DNA from: Novakomyces olei
Taxonomy: Eukaryota
Direction of reading: 5' to 3'
Assembly (NCBI GenBank): GCA_016906335.1
Contig: JADEYG010000003.1
Span: 1,364,001 to 1,428,000 of the forward strand
DNA length: 64,000 nt
Position numbers and translations under genes: made by a program. Under the pieces are notes generated by a model. That model saw only the letters and a list, made by a program, of their open reading frames with translations. It was not told the DNA's origin and did no database searches. Positions 9,062-21,600 of this stretch are shown one piece after another. Numbering within the stretch: position 1 is the first letter of the stretch; the number at the start of each line of letters is the position of its first letter.

Positions 9062-9101
9062 CCATGAAAATCATTTTGTCATAGCTGCCGGAAAAGAAAA
9101 G

Positions 9102-10298
9102 TTGAGAGTACTGGGCAGTGGGGATATTTCACTTACGACGTCCCAAAACAAACAATTTATTTTGAAAAATGTGCTGTGGGTTCCCCAACTGGGGTACAAT
9201 TTAATTTCACTTGGCGCATTAGACACAGAATTAATTTCTGTCACATTTGATAATGGAAAAGCTACACTGTTTAAGACACAGAATAAAGAAGTGCTTGAAA
9301 CATTTGAGAAAGAAGATAACCTTTATTCCCTTCGGACAAAACAAATTGGTTATATTACAGAAAACAAAGCTCTTGCGATAAGTGTTCCTGAGAAACAAAA
9401 ATTATGGCACGACCGCTTAATGCACTTGAACGAAAATTATATGATAAAACTCGCTAAAGGCCTTGGAGCAGGAAAAATACAACAAGACCTTGACAAGACA
9501 AATATAAAAGTTAAATGCGAAAGTTGTATCAAAGGAAAAATGGCACGCCAACCATTTCCAGAAGGACGCCTAAGAGCAGAAACAAAGTTTGAATTACTGC
9601 ACAGTGATGTATGTGGACCATTTCCAGTTTCAGCTTCAGGGAAATGTTACTTTGTTACGTTGATTGATGACTTAACCGGATATACATTTTTATTCACAAT
9701 CGCCAATAAATTTGACGTTAACAATTGCATACAAAATTTGGTTAATTTGATTAAAACTCAGTTTGGAATATCTGTCAAAAGAATTCGAAGCGACAACGGG
9801 GGAGAATTTGTTAATCAAGCTCTTAAATCCTACATGCAAGAAAAGGGAATTATTCACGAACTGACTGCGCCCTACACTCCACAACAAAATGGTGTTGCAG
9901 AAAGGGCAAACAGAACAATACTCAACAGAGTCAGGGCTACAATGAGTGAAAGAAACGTCCCCGAATACTTGTGGGACGAAGCAGTAAACGCTTGTGTATA
10001 CATTAAAAATCGTAGCCCGACGAGAATTAACGACTACACGCCCTACGAAATGGTATTTGACAAGGCTCCGATACTAGACCACTTAAGGGTATTTGGATGC
10101 AAAGCCTTTGTCTTGAAAAAACAAGGAGATATTAAAAAACTCGACACTCGTAGTGAACCACATGTATTTGTTGGCTACCAAACAAATGCCAAGGCTTATC
10201 GACTATGGAACCCTTTGACGAGAAAAGTGGTTATTTCGCGTGATGTGGTATTTAATGAATCTGAATTTTATGACGCAAACAACAAGAAAAGAATTTAG
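9102..10298 (+). pseudogene. pol: Copia-1 protease C-part and integrase, truncated
   Basis: Integrase zinc-binding and DDE motifs; frameshifted near 10280 and interrupted at 10412. Confidence 0.85.
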
Positions 10299-10412
10299 AG
10301 AGAAGAGAAATGCCTTTAACTATGGGAGGAGGAAATATATTGTCTCAGAAAATTTACAAACTGAACAAACACCCGAATATTCTTCTAATTCTGATGAAAA
10401 TGAGGAAGAATG

Positions 10413-11398
10413 TGTTGAATCTATAATTTCGAACGTGTTAATTTGAAACGTGTTGTATTCAATTTCGTTGGCCAACATAGTTCTATCTAGATCTATTTAT
10501 AGTCTTCTCAATGACAGTCACAATTACCAGGGTAAACTTCATTTTTTTTCTAAGTAATCAGCTGCTGCAAAAGCTTGATATACTTTCCTATACTCCCTCT
10601 CAAGCTTGTAATGATTCAATTCTAGAGTCCCCTTTCACCAGTTTTTGTCGCAAATGTATAAAAATCTTTTTACACAAAGGCTTTGTTAAAATATCCGCAA
10701 GCTGTTCTTTTGTAGATATATAATCAACAATTACTGTGCCGTTTTCCGTTAAATTGCGCAAAAACATATATCGTACATCAAGGTGCTTTAGTCGTCTCAT
10801 TGGGCTTGTTTTATGCGCAATACAAATTGCGCTTTTGTTGTCGGAGCAAACACGAATTGGAGACTCAATTTTTAAAAGCTCCTTGGCCAGGTTGTAGAGA
10901 CCTAATGTATGCACAATCGCCGTACAAGCACTTATATATTCAGCCTCGCATGTCGATAACGCAACAACTTTTTGTTTTGTTGACATCCAATGAATTAATG
11001 AATTACCCAGAAACAATGCCATTCCCGAAGTGGATTTCCTTTCGTCTCTATCACTTGCGTAGTCGGCATCGCAATAAACTTTCATGACTGGTTCAACCGA
11101 ATTGCTTTGATATTCCAGTCCCTTGTCTTTTGTATCCCTTAAATAAGCCGTGATACATTGAACCAGTTCGAGACATTCATCTGTAGGCTTTTCTTGATAT
11201 CTTGCTGCGTGGGATACAGCGAAGGATATATCTGGCCGAGTGCATCTGCTTATCCAAAGTAGCATGCCAATCCATTTGCGGTACTTTTCATTGTTTATAG
11301 GTTTCCCATTCAATTCCACGTAATTCCTTATGGGAATTCGTTTTTTAGGCAAGTCGTAGCAATCGAATTCTTTAATTATTTTTGTAATTGCTGCCTTC
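10413..11398 (-). mobile_element. Copia-2 3' part (end of RT, RNase H, PPT, 3' LTR), inverted
   Basis: ORF 10600-11352 matches the C-terminus of 24785-27724 (YCDADYA, STCEAEY, ADILTK); LTR 10413-10592; continues the copy broken at 7721 (shared TSD GAAGG). Confidence 0.93.
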
Positions 11399-11479
11399 TG
11401 AAGAAATTTAATTTGGCTTGTTGTAGAGAATAGTGTTGTATCTCCTTTTAGCTACTTTTCTAAGTCTACTGACGCTGTA

Positions 11480-14400
11480 CTATATAGTTTCTTTGGTTCC
11501 AGCCACCGAGTTACACTTTGGTAGCGCAAGCCTCTTTGTACTCAGTTCCAGCCACTCCAGCCACTCCAGCCACTCCAGCCACTCCAGCCACTCCAGCCAC
11601 TCCAGCCATTCCTCCTCTTTCTGTAGCCAGCCTTCCTGTTCTTTTTCTGTGACGTCCAAGCTTGACATATTCCTATACTCCCTCTCAAGCTTGTTGTCGT
11701 CACTTTCACGTGTTTCGCCTTTAAGTATCTTTTGTTGTAGGTAGTTAAATATTTTTTTGCACAAGGGCTTTGTAAGCATATCCGCCACTTGTTCTTTTGT
11801 GGAAACATAGTCCATAATAATTCTGCCCTTCTCAGTAAGGTCCCGTAAAAACATGAAGCGCACATCCAGGTGTTTTAAGCGTCTCATAGGGCTCGCTTTG
11901 TGTGATACGTAAATTGCGCTGTTATTGTCCGAGCACACTCTTAGGGGGTGGTCCAGGTTAAGTATTTTTTTGACCAGATTTTTTATTCCCAGTCCCGTTA
12001 CAATTGCAGAGCACGCACTGACATATTCTGCTTCGCATGTTGATAATGCAATAATTTTTTGTTTTGAGGAACTCCAGTGAATTAGCGATGTTCCTAAAAA
12101 CATTGCCATTCCTGATGTGGAGTGTCTGTCAGATGCTTCGCTAGCGTAATCGGCGTCACAGTAAATCGTAAGGGTGCAAGGGACAGTGTTGCTTTGGTAT
12201 TCGATTCCAAGTTCCTTCGTGTCTCTTAAGTAAGTTGTAATTTGTTTAATTAGTTCCAGACATTCGGTAGTTGGGTTTTCTTGAATCTTGCAGCGTGGGA
12301 TACGGCAAATGCTATGTCTGGTCTTGTGCATCTGCTTATCCATAGTAGCATTCCAACGCATTTTCGGTATTCCGTCTGCTCAATCGGTTTTCCATTTAAC
12401 ACAACGTAATTTTTAATTGGCGTCTTTTTTCTTGGTGTATCTTGACAGTTAATTTCTTTTACTGCCTTTGAAATGGCAGCTTTTTGGGTAATTTTCATGT
12501 TGCCGATTTTTCTGTCATAACTGAATTCCATACCAAGGAATTGGTGAATTTGTCCAAGGTCTTTAATTTTAAAAGCCTGCCCGAGTTTTGTTTTCGTGTT
12601 ATCGATTTCGTACATTTCTTCACCAATAATAATTATATCGTCAACATAAATTAACAAAAACGAATTTCGTTTTGCATTGTGTAAAATGCAGTTTTCTGTT
12701 GTGGATTCCAAAAATCCTAAAGCTGATAATGTTGTAAATAATTTTTTGTACCAGCATCTCGGGGCCTGCTTTAGTCCATAAAGTGACCGTAGTAGTTTGC
12801 AAACTCTTCCGGTTCCATCATCAAAGCCTTCGGGCTGTCTCATAAAGACACATTCTTCCAGGTCTCCATTTAGAAACGCCGTTGTTACGTCCATTTGATG
12901 GATATGCCATTTCTTTGAAACGGCAAAGGCAAGAAGTGTGCGTAGTGATTCAAGGGCCATAGTTGGTGCGTAAGTTGCCTGATAATCAATACCCTCGCGT
13001 TGCGAAAATCCCTTTGCAACCAGCCTTGCTCTATATCGTTCAACTTCTCCTTGATTATTGGCTTTCGCTTTAAAAACCCACCGGTTTCCAATTATATCAG
13101 CTCCCTCTGGAGCATGTACCAATTTCCACGCATTGTTTTCCTTCATTGCATTTAATTCAGTCTCCATAGCCTCTTCCCATTCCCGAGCGTGCAAACTGTT
13201 GCGCGCCTGCTTTGTATTGTTTGGCTCTATAATTTCATTTATTGCCACATGCGCTCTATCATAAATTCCTGGAGCATGACGAATTCTGGTTGAGCGTCTG
13301 ATTCCGTCGTTTGAAATGGTTGTTCCTAATTCTTGTGTATCATTCTGCTGCTGTGTTTCGTGATTGTCCTGATTTTCGTCCTCTAGTATATCGTCATTAA
13401 CATTAATTGAGTCAGTCGTGTCTTGAAAAAATTGCTCCGAGTCTTCTGACGTGCCATCTGATGACGTGATACATTCTTCCTCATTTTCATCAGAATTAGA
13501 AGAATATTCGGGTGTTTGTTCAGTTTGTAAATTTTCTGAGACAAATATATTTCCTCCTCCCATAGTTAAAGGCATTTCTCTTCTCTCTAAATTCTTTTCT
13601 TGTTTGTTTGCGTCATAAAATTCAGATTCATTAAATACCACATCACGCGAAATAACCACTTTTCTCGTCAAAGGGTTCCATAGTCGATAAGCCTTGGCAT
13701 TTGTTTGGTAGCCAACAAATACATGTGGTTCACTACGAGTGTCGAGTTTTTTAATATCTCCTTGTTTTTTCAAGACAAAGGCTTTGCATCCAAATACCCT
13801 TAAGTGGTCTAGTATCGGAGCCTTGTCAAATACCATTTCGTAGGGCGTGTAGTCGTTAATTCTCGTCGGGCTACGATTTTTAATGTATACACAAGCGTTT
13901 ACTGCTTCGTCCCACAAGTATTCGGGGACGTTTCTTTCACTCATTGTAGCCCTGACTCTGTTGAGTATTGTTCTGTTTGCCCTTTCTGCAACACCATTTT
14001 GTTGTGGAGTGTAGGGCGCAGTCAGTTCGTGAATAATTCCCTTTTCTTGCATGTAGGATTTAAGAGCTTGATTAACAAATTCTCCCCGTTGTCGCTTCGA
14101 ATTCTTTTGACAGATATTCCAAACTGAGTTTTAATCAAATTAACCAAATTTTGTATGCAATTGTTAACGTCAAATTTATTGGCGATTGTGAATAAAAATG
14201 TATATCCGGTTAAGTCATCAATCAACGTAACAAAGTAACATTTCCCTGAAGCTGAAACTGGAAATGGTCCACATACATCACTGTGCAGTAATTCAAACTT
14301 TGTTTCTGCTCTTAGGCGTCCTTCTGGAAATGGTTGGCGTGCCATTTTTCCTTTGATACAACTTTCGCATTTAACTTTTATATTTGTCTTGTCAAGGTCT

Positions 14401-14783
14401 TGTTGTATTTTTCCTGCTCCAAGGCCTTTAGCGAGTTTTATCATATAATTTTCGTTCAAGTGCATTAAGCGGTCGTGCCATAATTTTTGTTTCTCAGGAA
14501 CACTTATCGCAAGAGCTTTGTTTTCTGTAATATAACCAATTTGTTTTGTCCGAAGGGAATAAAGGTTATCTTCTTTCTCAAATGTTTCAAGCACTTCTTT
14601 ATTCTGTGTCTTAAACAGTGTAGCTTTTCCATTATCAAATGTGACAGAAATTAATTCTGTGTCTAATGCGCCAAGTGAAATTAAATTGTACCCCAGTTGG
14701 GGAACCCACAGCACATTTTTCAAAATAAATTGTTTGTTTTGGGACGTCGTAAGTGAAATATCCCCACTGCCCAGTACTCTCAA
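11480..14783 (-). pseudogene. pol: Copia-1 pol (PR-IN-RT-RNaseH), frameshifted
   Basis: IN-before-RT order; QMDVTTAFLNG, YVDD, YCDADYA; 1-bp homopolymer deletions relative to other copies. Confidence 0.88.
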
Positions 14784-14823
14784 CTTTTCTTTTCCGGCAG
14801 CTATGACAAAATGATTTTCATGG

Positions 14824-15750
14824 CTATTGTATTTTTTTAAAATTGGTTAAGCCGGTTTTATTATAAGTCATGTGTTGCGACGCACCACAATCGAGAATCC
14901 AATTTTTATTAATGGTGTTTGGTGTAATGGCATTAATAAAGGCATCCTGATAAAATTGTTCACCGAGTTTATTACTATTCATCTGGTTTGTTGCTTTAGG
15001 ACAATTATTTTTAAAATGGCCCTTTGCTCCACAGACAAAACAAGTATTATTTTTAAGTCTGCAGCGTTCCTCTGTATGGCCTCCTTTTTTGCAGTAATGA
15101 CAAGTAGAGGCGCGGAACGTTGTCAGCGCAGTTTCGGCGCTTTCGCCGTGGCTTTGCGTAGCTTCAACGACAATTTCTTGTATATCCTTCAGAAGGACAT
15201 TTTTTGCTCGTTCCCAAACACGAATTTCCGAATTCAAAGAGTTGCAATTTCGTATCATGTTGAGATAAATTTGGAGAACTTCCTCTTGACAAAGGTCGTT
15301 TCGCAGCTCTCCCAAGCTGGTCACCAGACTATTAAATTTTGTGTGGAGTCCTGCCACCTCCCCCAAGCTCTGTGCTTTTAGTCCATACAGCTCGCTACTG
15401 ACTTGGACTAAAAGGCGGTATTTTCGTTCCTGAAATGCGTTGCTGACATTTGCCAACAGAATTTCCGGATTTGGCGCCTTTTGGCACAGGTCGTCAAGTA
15501 CTGGCACAGAGATAGCTTCCTTTAGTGTAAGCAGAAGTATGGCCATCGTTGACTGGTAAGCCACATCCTCGGTCGCAGCTTTTTCTCCCTTGTAATCGGG
15601 CATGACGTGCTGAAGCCCGTACGTGGTCAACACCTCCGACAATTTCTGTTTCCATTGGGGAAACTCGATTAAATTCCCCAATCGCGGAATTGCGAGGTAC
15701 GGCAGGTCTGCCTGCCCGTGGAGCTTGAGTGATATCCCGAGTTTGCTCAT
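14824..15750 (-). CDS. gag: Copia-1 Gag plus N-terminal part of protease
   Basis: Same translated protein as 8135-9061. Confidence 0.9.
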   Translation of the reverse strand: MSKLGISLKLHGQADLPYLAIPRLGNLIEFPQWKQKLSEVLTTYGLQHVMPDYKGEKAATEDVAYQSTMAILLLTLKEAISVPVLDDLCQKAPNPEILLANVSNAFQERKYRLLVQVSSELYGLKAQSLGEVAGLHTKFNSLVTSLGELRNDLCQEEVLQIYLNMIRNCNSLNSEIRVWERAKNVLLKDIQEIVVEATQSHGESAETALTTFRASTCHYCKKGGHTEERCRLKNNTCFVCGAKGHFKNNCPKATNQMNSNKLGEQFYQDAFINAITPNTINKNWILDCGASQHMTYNKTGLTNFKKIQ

Positions 15751-17639
15751 ATTGACTGAACTCAGACTCTTAATCTGAAGAAATTTAATTTGGCTTGTTG
15801 TAGAGAATAGTGTTGTATCTCCTTTTAGCTACTTTTCTAAGTCTACTGACGCTGTACTATATAGTTTCTTTGGTTCCAGCCACCGAGTTACACTTTGGTA
15901 GCGCAAGCCTCTTTGTACTCAGTTCCAGCCACTCCAGCCACTCCAGCCACTCCAGCCACTCCAGCCACTCCAGCCACTCCAGCCATTCCTCCTCTTTTCT
16001 GTAGCCAGCCTTCCTGTTCTTTTTCTGTGACGTCCAAGCTTGACATATTCCTATAACAAGAATAAATATCTGAAACTTTTGTCAACCTGAACAATGCCTT
16101 TTTCGAATGCATTCTTATGTTTTTGAAGAAATACCACAGTATAAAGCTGCTTTTGTCAAAGCACTATAAACGAGTTCTAAAATGAGATAAAATTAACATT
16201 GTTTTGCTGTTGCTGTAACTCTACGCCAGGTAAGCATGGCAATGCTGCCTTCGTTTTTCAAGGAACTTCGAACTCAATCTGACTTTATCAATTTTCTTTT
16301 GGGATGAAAAACTATGAAGTCAAAGATAGTAAAGCTCGGTATTGACATGTGAATTATTCACAACGGGCCAAATTAATTTAAAACAATAACATTTTGAGGG
16401 CATCAACATGTTTATTTGTAGTAGAACTTTGAGAAATAGATGATATTGACATTATCATCATAAGGGAAAAAATCGGTTAAAAAAATAGCGATATAAAATG
16501 GGCTAGCTAAAAAAGCTTTTGAAGAGCATTTAACTGTTTAAATTTTTTGGTTCACTCAATAGTTCTTAGTTGTTTGTTAAAGACCGCATTGTTTTATTTA
16601 CTATTGATAGATCCTATTAATATTGGCGGGTAGCTGAGTACATGATATGTGTGCGTCACTGTTGCGTCATTTGTGCAAATTGGAGTAGTTCGCCGTCAGA
16701 TAAGCAAAGTATTTAAAGGTCTCCAATAGTCTGGCAATAGCGTTTCCCGGTATATCTCTTTCGATGTGTTAAATGCGTTTTCTAATCGGCTGCCAACCTA
16801 CTCAATTTTCTTTACTATTTTGATACATTTAGCTGTATCGTTACTGTTACGTTCTACTCACAATAATTCGACTTGCGTTTCTCGAAATTTTTGTTTGTGA
16901 TGGTGTATACAACGCGGATTGTTTATAAATGACTTATTCTGCTATTTAAAATCAACTCTAAAGTTGCTAATTCTTCTTTTAAATTCTCACACAGAATTTT
17001 TTTTTTTTGTAATATTATATTCTGCAATTAATTATAAGAACTTATCTGTGAGCACAGCAAGGAAAAGCGCATTTTTATAGCTGTCAATGAGAGTGATAAT
17101 GCAATCATGACCTCAACGCGATCTGGAAATGGCTCGAAAATAGGCACGTTTTGTGTAACGTGACACAGGCTTATGGTGCAGCAACTTATTAATAGTAAAA
17201 ACAGAATTCAATAGGAACACAAACAATCGATGAAAATGGGATCTCTAAGTGCAGTTACATAAACATGGCATAACTACTGTAGATGATGCCTTTCTGATAT
17301 TTGAAATATGTTCCTGTTACAGGCGTGTGATGCCTATTTGCAAACATTAATATTAGTTTAAGGAAAACATAATTTATCTTTTTCTGCCCAAGACTATTCA
17401 TTGAAATAATGCTGATTTATAAAGATGTATATTTTTAATTGAGAATGTTAACTCTGTTTAATTAACTGCTCTATAAAAAATTTTATAGATTCCCTACTAA
17501 GCGTCATTGCCAAATGTACGCTTCTAGCATAAGTGAAAGGTTACTGCGCATAATTATCCCAATTAGTTAAACCTCACGTTTTCGATAGTCCCCCTCGACT
17601 GAACAATTTTGTTTAACAACGCCAATCCAATTTTTGAAT

Positions 17640-18100
17640 TTCTGGTTCTTAATTCCAAATAGAGTTTTTGTAAATGCATCAGCTTTCTTCTGTTGCGTAA
17701 GGAAATAGGCAAAACTCGGGTTTATTTCTTAATCACGTCTTAGACAAAGTAGTATTGTATTTTATAATGTTTGGCTCCTTTTTTAGGGCCTGTGCAGTTT
17801 GCCTATTAAGTCCATGGTTGATTGTCGCAGTAGATAGGAAACTGGATACCTGTCTTTTATTCAAGACTATGTTTTAGATAGACCTTCTTGAGCGCCTTGA
17901 TACAATTAGTAATACGCAGCATTTATACTGCTTGTTGCGAGTAATGACTTTTTCTTTGGGCATGAGGATGTTGGATAACCCGCTGAATCTTCATCTTTCC
18001 GTTCATAGACTTAAACGTTTTATAAATTTCATTCGTATCATAAGCCATGTAGTCTGTGCTCCTAAAGATATTTTATTATCTTCTTGAATGCTAAAATATG
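17640..18100 (-). pseudogene. Decayed Copia RNase H remnant
   Basis: Minus-strand translation gives YCDNQ...IQYYFV...KKADAFTKTL with stops and frameshifts, matching the Copia RNase H consensus (YCDN...ADxxTK). Boundaries approximate. Confidence 0.55.
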
Positions 18101-18108
18101 CTCAGTAG

Positions 18109-18320
18109 TATAGGAAAGTAAATCAAGATTGTGCAGCGGCTAATTACTAACTATAGAAATATAATTTACCGTGAGAAGTAGGATAAATTGTACTGTGAGA
18201 AATGCGATGGCAAACCGGCAGACTATAAATAGACTTAGCTAGAATCACTATAATTAACGAAAATTGAATACAACATTTATTCCATTTAACACGTTCAAAA
18301 CAAATTTACTAGATTCAACA
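18109..18320 (+). repeat. Solo LTR of a Copia-2-related subfamily
   Basis: Starts TATAGGAAAGTA and ends AGATTCAACA like the Copia-2 LTR; TSD AGTAG at 18104-18108 and 18321-18325. Confidence 0.88.
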
Positions 18321-18404
18321 AGTAGCAAAATTGTTCGCAAATTGGATCAAAATATTAATGAGCATATGCAACATCTGTCCTTGTCCAATTCGCAATATAC
18401 AAAA

Positions 18405-18578
18405 TATAGGAAAATTGGGCAAGTTTGAAATATGGGAAACTATTCATAAAAGAGCCAAAATTTTAGCTGATCCATAAATAATCGGTTAGAATTCTGACTA
18501 ACTAATAATAGTACAAAGATAAGTAACGAAAATTGAATACAACACTGATTAATATTAACGCGTTCAACTAGATTTTAC
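18405..18578 (+). repeat. Diverged Copia-type LTR interrupted near its 3' end
   Basis: Starts TATAGGAAA and contains AACGAAAATTGAATACAACAC shared with Copia-2 LTRs; cut at 18579 by a Copia-1 LTR. Confidence 0.7.
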
Positions 18579-18690
18579 TATAGGAATATGTCAAGCTTGG
18601 ACGTCACAGAAAAAGAACAGGAAGGCTGGCTACAGAAAAGAGGAGGAATGGCTGGAGTGGCTGGAGTGGCTGGAGTGGCTGGAGTGGCTG
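18579..18690 (+). repeat. Partial Copia-1 LTR, cut inside its minisatellite by the next Copia-1 LTR
   Basis: TATAGGAATATG... identical to the LTR start; ends at ...GAGTGGCTG|TATAGG. Confidence 0.9.
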
Positions 18691-21600
18691 TATAGGAATA
18701 TGTCAAGCTTGGACGTCACAGAAAAAGAACAGGAAGGCTGGCTACAGAAAAGAGGAGGAATGGCTGGAGTGGCTGGAGTGGCTGGAGTGGCTGGAGTGGC
18801 TGGAGTGGCTGGAGTGGCTGGAACTGAGTACAAAGAGGCTTGCGCTACCAAAGTGTAACTCGGTGGCTGGAACCAAAGAAACTATATAGTACAGCGTCAG
18901 TAGACTTAGAAAAGTAGCTAAAAGGAGATACAACACTATTCTCTACAACAAGCCAAATTAAATTTCTTCAGATTAAGAGTCTGAGTTCAGTCAATATGAG
19001 CAAACTCGGGATATCACTCAAGCTCCACGGGCAGGCAGACCTGCCGTACCTCGCAATTCCGCGATTGGGGAATTTAATCGAGTTTCCCCAATGGAAACAG
19101 AAATTGTCGGAGGTGTTGACCACGTACGGGCTTCAGCACGTCATGCCCGATTACAAGGGAGAAAAAGCTGCGACCGAGGATGTGGCTTACCAGTCAACGA
19201 TGGCCATACTTCTGCTTACACTAAAGGAAGCTATCTCTGTGCCAGTACTTGACGACCTGTGCCAAAAGGCGCCAAATCCGGAAATTCTGTTGGCAAATGT
19301 CAGCAACGCATTTCAGGAACGAAAATACCGCCTTTTAGTCCAAGTCAGTAGCGAGCTGTATGGACTAAAAGCACAGAGCTTGGGGGAGGTGGCAGGACTC
19401 CACACAAAATTTAATAGTCTGGTGACCAGCTTGGGAGAGCTGCGAAACGACCTTTGTCAAGAGGAAGTTCTCCAAATTTATCTCAACATGATACGAAATT
19501 GCAACTCTTTGAATTCGGAAATTCGTGTTTGGGAACGAGCAAAAAATGTCCTTCTGAAGGATATACAAGAAATTGTCGTTGAAGCTACGCAAAGCCACGG
19601 CGAAAGCGCCGAAACTGCGCTGACAACGTTCCGCGCCTCTACTTGTCATTACTGCAAAAAAGGAGGCCATACAGAGGAACGCTGCAGACTTAAAAATAAT
19701 ACTTGTTTTGTCTGTGGAGCAAAGGGCCATTTTAAAAATAATTGTCCTAAAGCAACAAACCAGATGAATAGTAATAAACTCGGTGAACAATTTTATCAGG
19801 ATGCCTTTATTAATGCCATTACACCAAACACAATTGGATTCTCGATTGTGGTGCGTCGCAACACATGACTTATAATAAAACCGGCTTAACCAATTTTAAA
19901 AAAATACAATAGCCATGAAAATCATTTTGTCATAGCTGCCGGAAAAGAAAAGTTGAGAGTACTGGGCAGTGGGGATATTTCACTTACGACGTCCCAAAAC
20001 AAACAATTTATTTTGAAAAATGTGCTGTGGGTTCCCCAACTGGGGTACAATTTAATTTCACTTGGCGCATTAGACACAGAATTAATTTCTGTCACATTTG
20101 ATAATGGAAAAGCTACACTGTTTAAGACACAGAATAAAGAAGTGCTTGAAACATTTGAGAAAGAAAATAACCTTTATCCCCTTCGGACAAAACAAATTGG
20201 TTATATTGCAGAAAACAAAGCTCTTGCGATAAGTGTTCTTGAGAAACAAAAATTATGGCACGACCGCTTAATGCACTTGAACGAAAATTATATGATAAAA
20301 CTCGCTAAAGGCCTTGGAGCAGGAAAAATACAACAAGACCTTGACAAGACAAATATAAAAGTTAAATGCGAAAGTTGTATCAAAGGAAAAATGGCACGCC
20401 AACCATTTCCAGAAGGACGCCTAAGAGCAGAAACAAAGTTTGAATTACTGCACAGTGATGTATGTGGACCATTTCCAGTTTCAGCTTCAGGGAAATGTTA
20501 CTTTGTTACGTTGATTGATGACTTAACCGGATATACATTTTTATTCACAATCGCCAATAAATTTGACGTTAACAATTGCATACAAAATTTGGTTAATTTG
20601 ATTAAAACTCAGTTTGGAATATCTGTCAAAAGAATTCGAAGCGACAACGGGGGAGAATTGTTAATCAAGCTCTTAAATCCTACATGCAAGAAAAGGGAAT
20701 TATTCACGAACTGACTGCGCCCTACACTCCACAACAAAATGGTGTTGCAGAAAGGGCAAACAGAACAATACTCAACAGAGTCAGGGCTACAATGAGTGAA
20801 AGAAACGTCCCCGAATACTTGTGGGACGAAGCAGTAAACGCTTGTGTATACATTAAAAATCGTAGCCCGACGAGAATTAACGACTACACGCCCTACGAAA
20901 TGGTATTTGACAAGGCTCCGATACTAGACCACTTAAGGGTATTTGGATGCAAAGCCTTTGTCTTGAAAAAACAAGGAGGAATTAAAAAACTCGACACTCG
21001 TAGTGAACCACATGTATTTGTTGGCTACCAAACAAATGCCAAGGCTTATCGACTATGGAACCCTTTGACGAGAAAAGTGGTTATTTCGCGTGATGTGGTA
21101 TTTAATGAATCTGAATTTTATGACGCAAACAAACAAGAAAAGAATTTAGAGAGAAGAGAAATGCCTTTAACTATGGGAGGAGGAAATATATTTGTCTCAG
21201 AAAATTTACAAACTGAACAAACACCCGAATATTCTTCTAATTCTGATGAAAATGAGGAAGAATGTATCACCTCATCAGATGGCACGTCAGAAGACTCGGA
21301 GCAATTTTTTCAAGACACGACTGACTCAATTAATGTTAATGACGATATACTAGAGGACGAAAATCAGGACAATCACGAAACACAGCAGCAGAATGATACA
21401 CAAGAATTAGGAACAACCATTTCAAACGACGGAATCAGACGCTCAACCAGAATTCGTCATGCTCCAGGAATTTATGATAGAGCGCATGTGGCAATAAATG
21501 AAATTATAGAGCCAAACAATACAAAGCAGGCGCGCAACAGTTTGCACGCTCGGGAATGGGAAGAGGCTATGGAGACTGAATTAAATGCAATGAAGGAAAA

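Larger units (their letters stand above)
7722..10412 (+). mobile_element. Copia-1 5' half (LTR-gag-PR-IN), recombinant
   Basis: LTR 7722-8109 (TATAGG...TTCA), PBS GATTAAGAGTCT, gag 8135-9061, PR/IN 9102-10298 (LWHDRLMH...CESC, LHSDVCGP, RSDNGGEF, NGVAERANR). Left flank GAAGG; ends at GAATG, then a Copia-2 LTR. Confidence 0.92.
11399..16055 (-). mobile_element. Copia-1 full-length-sized recombinant copy
   Basis: 5' LTR 15776-16055, 3' LTR 11399-11677, gag 14824-15750, pol split by 1-bp frameshifts (14022-14783, 12250-14052, 11480-12361). Flanks do not match (CTTGT vs GAAGG on minus). Confidence 0.93.

Noticed and set aside
10270-14100. Copy-specific 1-bp frameshifts as programmed recoding
   Set aside because: They are single-base losses in homopolymers unique to one copy (also ~7612, ~20658, ~50468, ~54949), consistent with long-read error or decay; pseudogene calls that rest only on them are uncertain.
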